A stretch of 64,000 nt of DNA, taken from IMG/VR virus record IMGVR_UViG_3300044991_001838, positions 1 to 64,000 of that record; one strand, 5' to 3'. The notes beneath the pieces were generated by a model, which worked only from the letters and a program-made list of their open reading frames with translations, was not told where the DNA came from and did not search any database. The stretch is from a virus. Its lineage: Duplodnaviria; Heunggongvirae; Uroviricota; Caudoviricetes. A program made the translations under genes and the position numbers. This document shows positions 34,487-43,773 of the stretch, in pieces (the first letter of the stretch is position 1; the number at the start of each line of letters is the position of its first letter).

Positions 34487-36499
34487 TTATCTACCTTTTT
34501 TCTGAATTTTAACCTCATCATTATCTACCTTGATAACATAAGATTTACCTTCAATCATTTTACCAAGAAGAACTTCTTCTGATAATAAATCCTCAACCTT
34601 ATCTTGAATTGCTCTTTTCAAAGGTCTTGCCCCGTATAATTCATCAAATCCAATTTTGGATAGGTAATCAACCAATGTTGAATCATAAGTTACTTTGTAC
34701 TTCATATCACTAAGACGAACAGTTAATTTTTTTAACTCAATCTCTGTGATTTTTTTGATATCATCAATAGTCAAAGAGTTAAATACGATAGTATCGTCAA
34801 TACGGTTAATAAATTCAGGTGAGAAAAAGTTTTTCATCTCTTTCATCAATACTTGTTTCTTTGCCTCTTCATTTGAATAAGGGTTATTAGAAAATCCAAT
34901 ACCTGTACCAAAATCTTGTAATTTCTTAACACCCAAATTTGAAGTTAGGATAATCAAAGTATTTTTAAAATTAATCTTACGACCTAAACTATCAGTCACA
35001 TGACCATCATCCAAGATTTGAAGTAAAACTGTAAACACATCTTTGTGTGCTTTTTCTACCTCATCAAATAAGATAACAGAGTAAGGTCTGTTCTTAACTT
35101 TTTCAGTTAATAATCCACCTTCTTCATAACCAACATATCCTGGAGGTGCTCCAACCAATTTAGAAATACTGTGTTTCTCTTGGTACTCAGACATATCCAC
35201 ACGAATAAGAGAATCCTCAGAGCCAAACATTTCTTTAGCTAATTGTTTGGCCAAGTGAGTTTTACCAACACCTGTTGACCCTAAGAACACAAATGAACCT
35301 ATTGGACGATTTGGGTCTTTGATACCCAAACGGTTTCTTTTAATAGATTTTGCAATTTTAATAACCGCTGCGTCCTGACCAATCACTTTACCTATCAACT
35401 CTTTATCCAAGTTTAATAAAGCCTTAGTATCATCAACATTCATTTTGCTTACAGGAATCTTAACCATATTAGAAACCACATCATAAACATCTTCCAAATT
35501 AACTTTTTGTTTATTTTCTGACATAGACTCTTCAAACTTAAGTTTTTCAGATTCCAATTTGGCCAAAACTTTTTTCTCTTTGTCCCTTAATTGGGCCGCC
35601 TGTTCGTAGTTTTGTTTTTTAACAACATCAATTTTTTGTTGTTTAATCTCCGAAGCATCCTTTTTTAATTTCTCAATTATTTCAGGAACCTTAAGCTCGG
35701 TTTGCATACGAGCACCAACCTCATCCAAGATATCAAATGCTTTATCAGGAAATTCTCTATCTGTGATATATCTATCCGCCAATTTAACACAAGCTTCAAT
35801 AACCTCATCGTTATAAATGACTTTATGAAATGACTCATACTTGTCACGAACATTTTTAAGGATTTCAATTGTCTCAACAACAGATGATGGTTCAACAATT
35901 ACTTTTTGGAATCTTCTTTCCAATGCTCCGTCTTTCTCAATATTCTTACGGAACTCATCAAGGGTAGTTGCACCAATACATTGAAGTTCACCACGAGATA
36001 ATGCGGGTTTGAAAATGTTTGAACCATCCATTGACCCTGAAGAATTACCAGAACCTACTAATGTGTGAATCTCATCAATAAACACAATAATGTTTGGGTT
36101 ATCACGAAGTTCTTCAATAATCACTTTCATTCTTTCTTCAAATTGACCACGATACTTTGTACCTGCAACAACTGAAGTTAAATCTAAGTTTACAATTCTT
36201 TTATCAACCAAGTTTCTCGGACATTCTCCGGTAACAATTTTAATTGCCAATCCCTCAACCAAAGCGGTTTTACCACAACCAGGTTCTCCAATGATAATAG
36301 GGTTATTTTTCTTTCTACGAGATAAGATTTGTGCAATTCTTAAAATCTCTTTGTCACGACCAATTACGGGGTCTAATTTACCTTCCTCAGCAAGTCTATT
36401 CAAATCTCTACTAAAGTTATCTAAAACAGGTGTACTGCTTTCTGATTGAGATTGTTTTTTACTCATTGTTTTGTCGTCGTCATCCATTAAGTCGTTCAT
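34487..36499 (-). CDS. clpC: Clp/Hsp100 AAA+ unfoldase, ClpC/ClpA-like, lacking N-domain, with ClpP-docking IGF loop
   Basis: D1 Walker A GEPGCGKT and B IVFIDEIH; linker with UVR-like motif YEQAAQLRD; D2 Walker A GSTGVGKT and B ILFDEVEKAH; GTGIGFSNNP IGF loop; C-terminal GARPLKRAIQ. Confidence 0.85.
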   Translation of the reverse strand: MNDLMDDDDKTMSKKQSQSESSTPVLDNFSRDLNRLAEEGKLDPVIGRDKEILRIAQILSRRKKNNPIIIGEPGCGKTALVEGLAIKIVTGECPRNLVDKRIVNLDLTSVVAGTKYRGQFEERMKVIIEELRDNPNIIVFIDEIHTLVGSGNSSGSMDGSNIFKPALSRGELQCIGATTLDEFRKNIEKDGALERRFQKVIVEPSSVVETIEILKNVRDKYESFHKVIYNDEVIEACVKLADRYITDREFPDKAFDILDEVGARMQTELKVPEIIEKLKKDASEIKQQKIDVVKKQNYEQAAQLRDKEKKVLAKLESEKLKFEESMSENKQKVNLEDVYDVVSNMVKIPVSKMNVDDTKALLNLDKELIGKVIGQDAAVIKIAKSIKRNRLGIKDPNRPIGSFVFLGSTGVGKTHLAKQLAKEMFGSEDSLIRVDMSEYQEKHSISKLVGAPPGYVGYEEGGLLTEKVKNRPYSVILFDEVEKAHKDVFTVLLQILDDGHVTDSLGRKINFKNTLIILTSNLGVKKLQDFGTGIGFSNNPYSNEEAKKQVLMKEMKNFFSPEFINRIDDTIVFNSLTIDDIKKITEIELKKLTVRLSDMKYKVTYDSTLVDYLSKIGFDELYGARPLKRAIQDKVEDLLSEEVLLGKMIEGKSYVIKVDNDEVKIQKKGR

Positions 36500-36667
36500 A
36501 TATTTCTAATTTTTTACAAAGTAATAACAAATATTATACTTATCCAAATTAATTGTCAAATTGTCAGATAAATATTTTTGGTATGACATATTGACATATT
36601 ATTTAATTTGGTATATTATTTGAATACCACAAAGGTAAGTAATAAAATTAAATAAAAAAAATAAATT

Positions 36668-37054
36668 ATGTTTGGAAACAGAAAAAACTTTAACGACCTG
36701 TTCAAATCATTTGACGATATGTTTGAACAATTAAACCTAAACACCGGTGAATGGAAAACAAAAACCAGAACATCCGAAGACGGTTCAATTAAAGTCACTA
36801 CGCATTATTGGAGTAATGACCCTAAAGAATCAAGACCATCAAATGAATTTGAGAAATTGCAATCTCAATTAAATGTCGCAATTGAAAATGAAGATTTTGA
36901 ATCTGCCGTTAAACTTAGAGATTCAATTAAAAAATTAGAATCAAACAAGAAGGTTATTGATAAACTTGAGTTAGAATTGAGAGAATCTATTAAAGAACAA
37001 AACTTTGAAAAGTCAATTGAACTTAGGGACAAGTTGAAAAACTTGAAAAAGTAA
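36668..37054 (+). CDS. tandem UVR-domain protein (candidate Clp adaptor)
   Basis: Two UvrB/C-type motifs: EDFESAVKLRDSIKKLE and QNFEKSIELRDKLKNLKK; divergent from ClpC-like gene. Confidence 0.55.
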   Translation: MFGNRKNFNDLFKSFDDMFEQLNLNTGEWKTKTRTSEDGSIKVTTHYWSNDPKESRPSNEFEKLQSQLNVAIENEDFESAVKLRDSIKKLESNKKVIDKLELELRESIKEQNFEKSIELRDKLKNLKK

Positions 37055-37058
37055 TGTT

Positions 37059-37086
37059 AAACCCTCACCAAACGGTGAGGGTTTTA
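37059..37086 (+). terminator. rho-independent terminator
   Basis: CCCTCACC-AAAC-GGTGAGGG then TTTT. Confidence 0.65.
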
Positions 37087-37097
37087 TATTTATTAAA

Positions 37098-37430
37098 ATG
37101 AAACCATTTGAAAATTTTTTAAATAGTAGTGTAGGGCTACAACGAATAATTGAAATATATGTTAAGATGAGACGATATTTTCAATCGGAAGGATGGAGTG
37201 AAAGGGATTTAGAAAAACCTCCATATTATTCACCTCAATTAATGTCTCTTCATCAAAATTTTAGTAATGAATTAAAAGATTTACTTCAACAAGTAAAAGA
37301 TTATGGTTTAGAAATAGATGGAGAAGAATTTAATGAATATTTAAAACCAATACTATCTAAAATAGATGAAATAACACCACTAAAAAATGGCAATTACAAA
37401 AGAGGAAATCAAAGGGACGAAGATTATTAA
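37098..37430 (+). CDS. hypothetical protein
   Basis: 110-aa ORF. Confidence 0.45.
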   Translation: MKPFENFLNSSVGLQRIIEIYVKMRRYFQSEGWSERDLEKPPYYSPQLMSLHQNFSNELKDLLQQVKDYGLEIDGEEFNEYLKPILSKIDEITPLKNGNYKRGNQRDEDY

Positions 37431-37629
37431 TGAAATCAAATCGTCAAACATTAGAAAAACAGAATACGATACTGAAACAAGTAGTTTAATCGTAGAATTT
37501 AACAATGGGCTGAGATATGAATATGAGTCTGTACCACATCAAGTCTACACTGCATTTAGAAAATCCGAGTCTCAAGGAAAACATTTTACAACAGATATAT
37601 CAAAAAAGTACAAGTATAAGAAACTGTAG
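37387..37629 (+). CDS. KTSC-domain protein
   Basis: YDTETSSLIVEFNNGLRYEYESVPHQVYTAFRKSESQGKHF fits the KTSC domain pattern. Confidence 0.5.
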   Translation: MAITKEEIKGTKIINEIKSSNIRKTEYDTETSSLIVEFNNGLRYEYESVPHQVYTAFRKSESQGKHFTTDISKKYKYKKL

Positions 37630-37641
37630 TATTTATAAAGG

Positions 37642-38373
37642 ATGAGCAACTTCCAACAAATACTTAATAGTTTTTCAATTAAGAAGACTTTAAACCCAAA
37701 AGTTTGGGAAAATTCCAATGACCCTGACAAAGCAACTATGGTTCCTAAGGTTAGAAAGGCTCTTGAACGTATTGCCGATGAATTTATTGAATATCTTGGA
37801 GATGACGTATTTGTTGAAGATGTTGTACTTACAGGTTCTTTGGCGAACTTTAATTGGTCTGAATTTTCAGACTTTGACCTTCATATCATTGTTGACATAC
37901 AACAATACGAAGATGATTCTGAATTATACAAAGAATTATTTAATTTAAAAAAACAAGTTTTCAACGATAAGCATAACATTAAAATATTTGGGTATGATGT
38001 TGAATTATACGCACAAGATTCCGAAGAATCTCACTACGCGTCAGGAGTTTATTCAATAATGAATAATGAATGGGTTACCAAGCCAAAACAATTTAAAATA
38101 GAGATAGATAAAGATTTGTTATCAAATAAAATTAAAAATTGGACTGAAAAAATTGATAAAGCTCTTGAGTCTGATGAACAAAAAACTTTAGATGATATTA
38201 AAAACAAATTAAAAGAATATAGACAATCGGGTCTTGAAAAAGAAGGAGAATTGTCTTATGAAAATTTAGTTTTTAAATTTTTACGAAGGTCTGGTCATAT
38301 TCAAAAACTATTTGATAAGGCAAATAATGTCGTAGATAAAGAACTTTCTATTGAGAGAAAAATGGAAGACTAA
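37642..38373 (+). CDS. nucleotidyltransferase (Pol-beta superfamily) protein
   Basis: LTGSLANFNWSEFSDFDLHIIVD: the G[SG] and DxD signature of minimal nucleotidyltransferases. Confidence 0.5.
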   Translation: MSNFQQILNSFSIKKTLNPKVWENSNDPDKATMVPKVRKALERIADEFIEYLGDDVFVEDVVLTGSLANFNWSEFSDFDLHIIVDIQQYEDDSELYKELFNLKKQVFNDKHNIKIFGYDVELYAQDSEESHYASGVYSIMNNEWVTKPKQFKIEIDKDLLSNKIKNWTEKIDKALESDEQKTLDDIKNKLKEYRQSGLEKEGELSYENLVFKFLRRSGHIQKLFDKANNVVDKELSIERKMED

Positions 38374-38428
38374 TAAATATTACTTACTAAATGTAAATAA
38401 TCATATATTTATAAAGAAAAAAACTTAA

Positions 38429-39790
38429 ATGGCTTTAGTTACATATCTTATAGGCGCTTGTACAGGCGGACCAGCAAAATTAATTGATTTTGATAGCTCA
38501 TCGTTACCTGCAGTTAATGGAAATTATTATTTAACATTTACTGGTGGTACAACACCTGGATGTTATGATATCATTGACAACGCAGAACCTAACACAGGTA
38601 CTGACACTGTATTAACTATATCAATTGATTATGGTGATTGTGTGACTTGTCAAGCGGTTGTTACACCAACACCTACCGTTACAACTACTAATACTGCAAC
38701 GCCTACTGTTACAACTACTAATACTGCAACTCCAACAAATACTACAACAAATACTGCAACTCCAACAAATACTACAACAAATACCGCAACTCCGACACCA
38801 ACAGTAACACCAACAAATACTCAAACACCAACTAACACATCAACTAGTACTCCTACACAAACTAAAACACCAACTCCAACTAACACTGCAACTAATACTG
38901 CAACACCAACTAACACTGCAACTAATACTGCAACACCAAGTAATACACCAACTATATCGGTAACACCAAGTAACACTCCTAATGTTTGTAAAACATATAA
39001 CTTATATGGTGGAACTGGTAATACAACTTTTATTTATAAAGACTGTGACGGATTTATAAATACAGTACAAGTACAAGCTTATCAAACATTGGTGGTTTGT
39101 TCTACAGAAATAACAATTATTAATGGTGATGGTTATTATGTTTCAATAGGGTCATGTCCATTACCGACACCAACACCAACAGCAACACCAACAAATACTG
39201 CAAGTAATACACCGACACCATCAGTTACTTCAACAGTAACTTCAACACCTACTCAAACACAAACTAAAACACCTACAAATACGCCTACTCAAACTCAAAC
39301 GCAAACTCAAACACCTACGCAAACTCAAACTCAAACTCAAACTCAAACACCTACACAAACTCAAACTAAAACACCTACAAATACACCAACTCAAACTAAA
39401 ACACCGACAAATACACCAACTCAAACTAAAACTCCAACAAATACACCAACTCAAACTACGACCCCAACGAATACACCAACAAAAAGCGGTACTCCTAATG
39501 TAACATCTACTAATACTGCAACACCAACAAAAACTCCAACAAATACACCAACAGGAACACCTGCAAATACACCTGCAGTGACTCCTTCACCAACACCAAC
39601 ATATTGGTTTACAGGATTCTCGGCTGACCAACAATACGCATACACTATTGAAATTTTAGGTGATTTTAGTGGTGGAACGGCGCCTGCAGGAGCAATTGCA
39701 CCTCACCCGATATTTACAAATAATGAGGGAATACCTGTAGCACAATTAAACGCAATCACTATTGGAGGTTTCCAAGGATTAAATAGTTAA
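38429..39790 (+). CDS. Thr/Pro-rich tandem-repeat (mucin-like) protein, probable virion fibre or decoration protein
   Basis: Dozens of TPTNT/TPTQTQTKTPTNT repeats flanking a Cys-containing globular insert and C-terminal domain. Confidence 0.55.
   Translation: MALVTYLIGACTGGPAKLIDFDSSSLPAVNGNYYLTFTGGTTPGCYDIIDNAEPNTGTDTVLTISIDYGDCVTCQAVVTPTPTVTTTNTATPTVTTTNTATPTNTTTNTATPTNTTTNTATPTPTVTPTNTQTPTNTSTSTPTQTKTPTPTNTATNTATPTNTATNTATPSNTPTISVTPSNTPNVCKTYNLYGGTGNTTFIYKDCDGFINTVQVQAYQTLVVCSTEITIINGDGYYVSIGSCPLPTPTPTATPTNTASNTPTPSVTSTVTSTPTQTQTKTPTNTPTQTQTQTQTPTQTQTQTQTQTPTQTQTKTPTNTPTQTKTPTNTPTQTKTPTNTPTQTTTPTNTPTKSGTPNVTSTNTATPTKTPTNTPTGTPANTPAVTPSPTPTYWFTGFSADQQYAYTIEILGDFSGGTAPAGAIAPHPIFTNNEGIPVAQLNAITIGGFQGLNS
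38680..39560 (+). repeat. coding tandem repeats (ACN/CCN-rich) in Thr/Pro-repeat protein gene
   Basis: Iterated acaccaacaaatact / actcaaactcaaac units. Confidence 0.75.
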
Positions 39791-39817
39791 ATAATTAAAT
39801 AATAAATAAATCATAAT

Positions 39818-41056
39818 ATGGCAGATTTAAAACCAATTGGAAGTGAAAAACTTCAAGGTCAAGATAAATTAAATAGAATAATGGAAATTGCTCGTTTTAA
39901 CGAGACAATTCCTAGTAGAATAAATGAAACTGCGAAAACTGAATATAACAGAACTTTAGCCGATGGTAATAACTATGAAATCGTGAAAGAAAGACAAGGA
40001 TATATTCTTAAAAGAACTATTACTGAATCTGGAACTGATTATATGGAACCGATGAAAAATAGAAAATATTATTCATCGTATTCTCAAGCGTTAAAAAGAT
40101 TAAATCTTGTTGCCGGAGAATTAAATAGGATTAATGAAAATGAGACTGAAGTTTCAATGTTTGGTGAACAAAAAAAATTCACATTAAAAACTCCAAAACC
40201 TGCACCTTCAATGGCTCCACCAATGGCTCCACCAATGGCTCCACCAATGGCACCACCAGCAATTCCTGCACCTGAATTACCTGCATCTCCAACTTCTGAT
40301 TTAGGAGGAGAAGATGATTTTAACATGGATATTGATTCTGAAGAAATGGGTCCTGAAGGAGACGTTGATGTTAATGATGATATTGACATTGAAGAACCAA
40401 GTGGGGATGACGATGTTGTTACTTTTAAAACAATTCAAAAACTTACAGGTAAGTTAACTCAAAAAATTAGAACATTAGAAAACGAAGAAGGAATGACTTC
40501 TGAAGATATCAAATATGTAATCAATATGGTTATTTCATCTTTAGAGTTAAGTTCTTTAAGTGAAGAAGATAAAGATGATATTATTGATAAATTTGAAGAA
40601 GATGAAACTGATGAATTTGGTCAAGAAGACGATATGGATGGTGAAGATTTTACCGATGATACTGAAGTTGAAGATATCCAATCTGACATGGACATTCCAA
40701 TGGAAGGTGAAGTGGATGAAGAAGATGATTTTGGAAATGGTGCAATATTAGACCATATTTTTGGAGAATCTAAAGTTGACAAAGTGTTGTCAAAATATTT
40801 TGAAGTTTCTAAAAAAGAAATTTTAGAAAATAGAGAAAAAAATGCTAATAAAAATTTAACAAAAATTTCTGAAGTTAGAAAAAAAATGGGTGAGGTTGTT
40901 AAATTAACTGAAACTATTGAACAAGAATTGGCTTCTCAAAAATTTTTAGAAAAAAATTCTTTGGCAAAAATTGTTGGTAAAACCAATAAAGATAATTTAG
41001 TATTTGAAAATAAAGGAAAACAAGTAAGAATAACACCTAAAGGACAAATTTTGTAA
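39818..41056 (+). CDS. hypothetical acidic protein with (APPM)n repeat
   Basis: SMAPPMAPPMAPPMAPPAIPAP then long D/E-rich region. Confidence 0.5.
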   Translation: MADLKPIGSEKLQGQDKLNRIMEIARFNETIPSRINETAKTEYNRTLADGNNYEIVKERQGYILKRTITESGTDYMEPMKNRKYYSSYSQALKRLNLVAGELNRINENETEVSMFGEQKKFTLKTPKPAPSMAPPMAPPMAPPMAPPAIPAPELPASPTSDLGGEDDFNMDIDSEEMGPEGDVDVNDDIDIEEPSGDDDVVTFKTIQKLTGKLTQKIRTLENEEGMTSEDIKYVINMVISSLELSSLSEEDKDDIIDKFEEDETDEFGQEDDMDGEDFTDDTEVEDIQSDMDIPMEGEVDEEDDFGNGAILDHIFGESKVDKVLSKYFEVSKKEILENREKNANKNLTKISEVRKKMGEVVKLTETIEQELASQKFLEKNSLAKIVGKTNKDNLVFENKGKQVRITPKGQIL

Positions 41057-41059
41057 TCT

Positions 41060-41455
41060 ATGAGTAATTTGATATACGTAAATGGATTAGGACCTAACTA
41101 TAAGGGAGATAATCTTTACGAATTCATTTTCTCAGATAGTCTTGATGTGTGGGGTGAATCTTGGGAAAGTAAACCATCTAATGGTTATCCAAATCCACCT
41201 GAATTAAAATATATTAATAAAGTAGGAGTTCTGAGAAATACTGATATAAAATTGGAATTGATTCAGAACTCCGATTTTTTTTCTATGATAGATGCAATTG
41301 ACGATGTTGTTGCATTAGCCTGGGAGCCCGATGAAGAAAACGGACAAAATCGTATGGTTTTTAGATTCGGAATGACCGAACAACAAATAAAAGATAAACT
41401 CTATGAAAGAGATTTAATTTTAGAATTTGAAAAGAAAGTAATTTATGAAAATTAA
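41060..41455 (+). CDS. hypothetical protein
   Basis: 131-aa ORF. Confidence 0.5.
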   Translation: MSNLIYVNGLGPNYKGDNLYEFIFSDSLDVWGESWESKPSNGYPNPPELKYINKVGVLRNTDIKLELIQNSDFFSMIDAIDDVVALAWEPDEENGQNRMVFRFGMTEQQIKDKLYERDLILEFEKKVIYEN

Positions 41456-42449
41456 TAAAAAAGCATTAGAACTTATTGAGAAAGGATTATCGTCTAAAAC
41501 GGTTAGTAAATTAGATGAATCTCAAATTAATATCCTGCATAAAAAATTATTTTTAGGGGAACAAGTTGAAGAAATACCTACTAAAAAAAGTTATAAAGTT
41601 GGACAAGACGGTGGAAATTTACCACCATCACCAAAAGGGTATAATGTAATGAAAACTCCAACAGGAGATGTTGTTGCAACTCCAAACGAGTCTGAATTAG
41701 AGGAAGATGACAATTTAGATGATTCTGCGGAAAAAGATAGTGGTTTTGACCCTTACGCAGGTAATAGTGTTGGAAATGACGACGGTCCATCTAGTGATGA
41801 TGGATTTGGTGGTGGAGATGACGGTATGGGTATGTTTGAAAGTGAAGCAGACCTTAAACCAGGACAACCAAACCCATGGGCTATATGTCACGCACAAGTT
41901 GGTCCTAAAAGAACAAGAAAATTTGAAAGATGTGTACAATCTGTAAAAAAACAGTTGGGAGAAGGAAAAAATCCTGTATCTTTGTTCATTGAAAATCAAA
42001 TTATGAAAATAGTAGAAAAAAACTTACCACCAAGAATTACAAAAGGAGATTTAGTAAAATATCTTTCGGAAGGAGAAAATTTTGCAACTAAACATTTACA
42101 ATCGTTTGGTAAAAGTTCAGGTACTGAAACCGCGCCTACAAAACCAAAAACAAGTCCAACAACAAAACCTGGTACAAAACCACAAAAACCTGCACACCCT
42201 GGAAAAAATCCTAACCCTGGTGAGAATCCTGCACCAAAGGCGGAAAAGAAAAAAAATGAAGTGGGTGAGGATACAAAAACCGCACCTACAAAACCAACAA
42301 CAAAACCTGGTACAAAACCACAAAGACCTGCACACCCTGGAAAAAATCCTAACCCTGGTGAGAATCCTGCCCCTAAGGCAAAAAAACCATCAGCAGAAGA
42401 AACAAAAGATAAAGTAATTGATGTAATATTAAACCTCCTACAAAAATAA
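41445..42449 (+). CDS. hypothetical protein with duplicated Pro/Lys-rich 50-aa unit
   Basis: APTKP..TKPGTKPQ.PAHPGKNPNPGENPAPKA occurs twice, from a 150-bp direct repeat. Confidence 0.5.
   Translation: MKINKKALELIEKGLSSKTVSKLDESQINILHKKLFLGEQVEEIPTKKSYKVGQDGGNLPPSPKGYNVMKTPTGDVVATPNESELEEDDNLDDSAEKDSGFDPYAGNSVGNDDGPSSDDGFGGGDDGMGMFESEADLKPGQPNPWAICHAQVGPKRTRKFERCVQSVKKQLGEGKNPVSLFIENQIMKIVEKNLPPRITKGDLVKYLSEGENFATKHLQSFGKSSGTETAPTKPKTSPTTKPGTKPQKPAHPGKNPNPGENPAPKAEKKKNEVGEDTKTAPTKPTTKPGTKPQRPAHPGKNPNPGENPAPKAKKPSAEETKDKVIDVILNLLQK
42129..42385 (+). repeat. 150-bp direct duplication inside ORF 41445-42449
   Basis: accgcGcctacaaaaccaa...cctggtgagaatcctgc repeated at 42129 and 42279 with few substitutions. 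Confidence 0.7.
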
Positions 42450-42450
42450 A

Positions 42451-43764
42451 ATGGCAAATAAGATTAAAGAACAGATAGAATACGGAGATAGACCCGAAAG
42501 AATGGACCCAAACTTAGAAAGAAAATTGGCTAGTCCTGAAAGTTTATACGCTCAAAATCCTGCCATGAAAAAAGGTGTGGAAGATGTTCAAAGATTAATT
42601 AGTAATAGATTTCAAAAAGTTGCTGAAAAGTTAAGTGAGGTTACAGGAATAAATGATTTAAGTTCTCAACAAGTTCAAGGAATGGTTTATCAAGAAATGA
42701 TGAGAAAACTTCCTGGTATTATGAGAATTGAGGCGGCTCATAGAGAAGAGTTAGAAGAGTTGGCTAAAGAAGCCGCTTTAGAAGAAACTGAAATTCCTGC
42801 TGATTGGTATGAAATTGAAGCGTTACTTAATAGACAACCTATTGATACTGGTAATTTTAGAATGAATCCTGAAGATGAAGAAGACGAAGAAGAAGAAGAA
42901 GACGAAAAACCAGAAATTCCATCATTTGATGTTGAAGATTTAACTGACGAAGAACTTCTTGAATTAGAAAAACACAAAAGAAATATTATTAATGCCATTA
43001 TTCAGGGAGCAGCAAAAAAAGGGCATTACCTTTTTCAAAAACCTGATATTAAAGCAAGATTAGATGCAATTGACCCATCTCTTTACAGAGATTATTTGGG
43101 GATTATGTCAATCAATGATTTCCTATATTTTACTATGGAACAAATGATTGAAATGATGAGTCAAACAGGACAAGGAGTTGCGGGAAAAGTTGAGTTAAAA
43201 AATAACGATGATGAAGACGGCGATGAAGGAGAAGAAGGTGAAGAAGAAAAACCAGACACAAAAATTGTTGCGGAAGGTATGATTTTTCCAATCCTATGTC
43301 ATGAAATCATCAAAGGTCTTGAAGAAGCTAAAGGAAGACACGGTTTACCTAAAGACCCTTCATTAAGACAAAAAGTTCAAGGTCAGGTAGATACATTATC
43401 TAACGAGCCAATGCAACTTAGAATAGGTCCTGAAATTGTAGAAAAACTTAGGTTTGCATTACCTGATGAAATGTACGATGAATCAAATAAAGGATTAATA
43501 AACTGGTTTCATACATTATTGTACCAAATACCAGCACAAGAATTTTTAGAAATTATTGGAAACGCCATTTCTCAAGACGAATCAAAAGTTAAAAGAGCAA
43601 CATCAAAATTCAAAGAGATAATGAGAGAAGCACAACAATTAAAAAGTGACTTTGAAAATTATCAAGAAGAAGAAGGTTCTGATTCAGACGATTATGGTGA
43701 CGATGACGATGAAGATGGTTTAGATGATTTCTTGGGTAGTTTAGGTATATCGAGGCCTAAATAA
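42451..43764 (+). CDS. hypothetical acidic protein (head-module, upstream of terminase)
   Basis: 437 aa, poly-Glu tracts. Confidence 0.5.
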   Translation: MANKIKEQIEYGDRPERMDPNLERKLASPESLYAQNPAMKKGVEDVQRLISNRFQKVAEKLSEVTGINDLSSQQVQGMVYQEMMRKLPGIMRIEAAHREELEELAKEAALEETEIPADWYEIEALLNRQPIDTGNFRMNPEDEEDEEEEEDEKPEIPSFDVEDLTDEELLELEKHKRNIINAIIQGAAKKGHYLFQKPDIKARLDAIDPSLYRDYLGIMSINDFLYFTMEQMIEMMSQTGQGVAGKVELKNNDDEDGDEGEEGEEEKPDTKIVAEGMIFPILCHEIIKGLEEAKGRHGLPKDPSLRQKVQGQVDTLSNEPMQLRIGPEIVEKLRFALPDEMYDESNKGLINWFHTLLYQIPAQEFLEIIGNAISQDESKVKRATSKFKEIMREAQQLKSDFENYQEEEGSDSDDYGDDDDEDGLDDFLGSLGISRPK

Positions 43765-43773
43765 CACCACATT

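Noticed and set aside
38621-39645. Cys-rich minus-strand ORFs (38621-38824, 39242-39454, 39451-39645); similar cases at 42117-42335, 41996-42457, 46951-47334
   Set aside because: Antisense translations of tandem-repeat or low-complexity coding DNA
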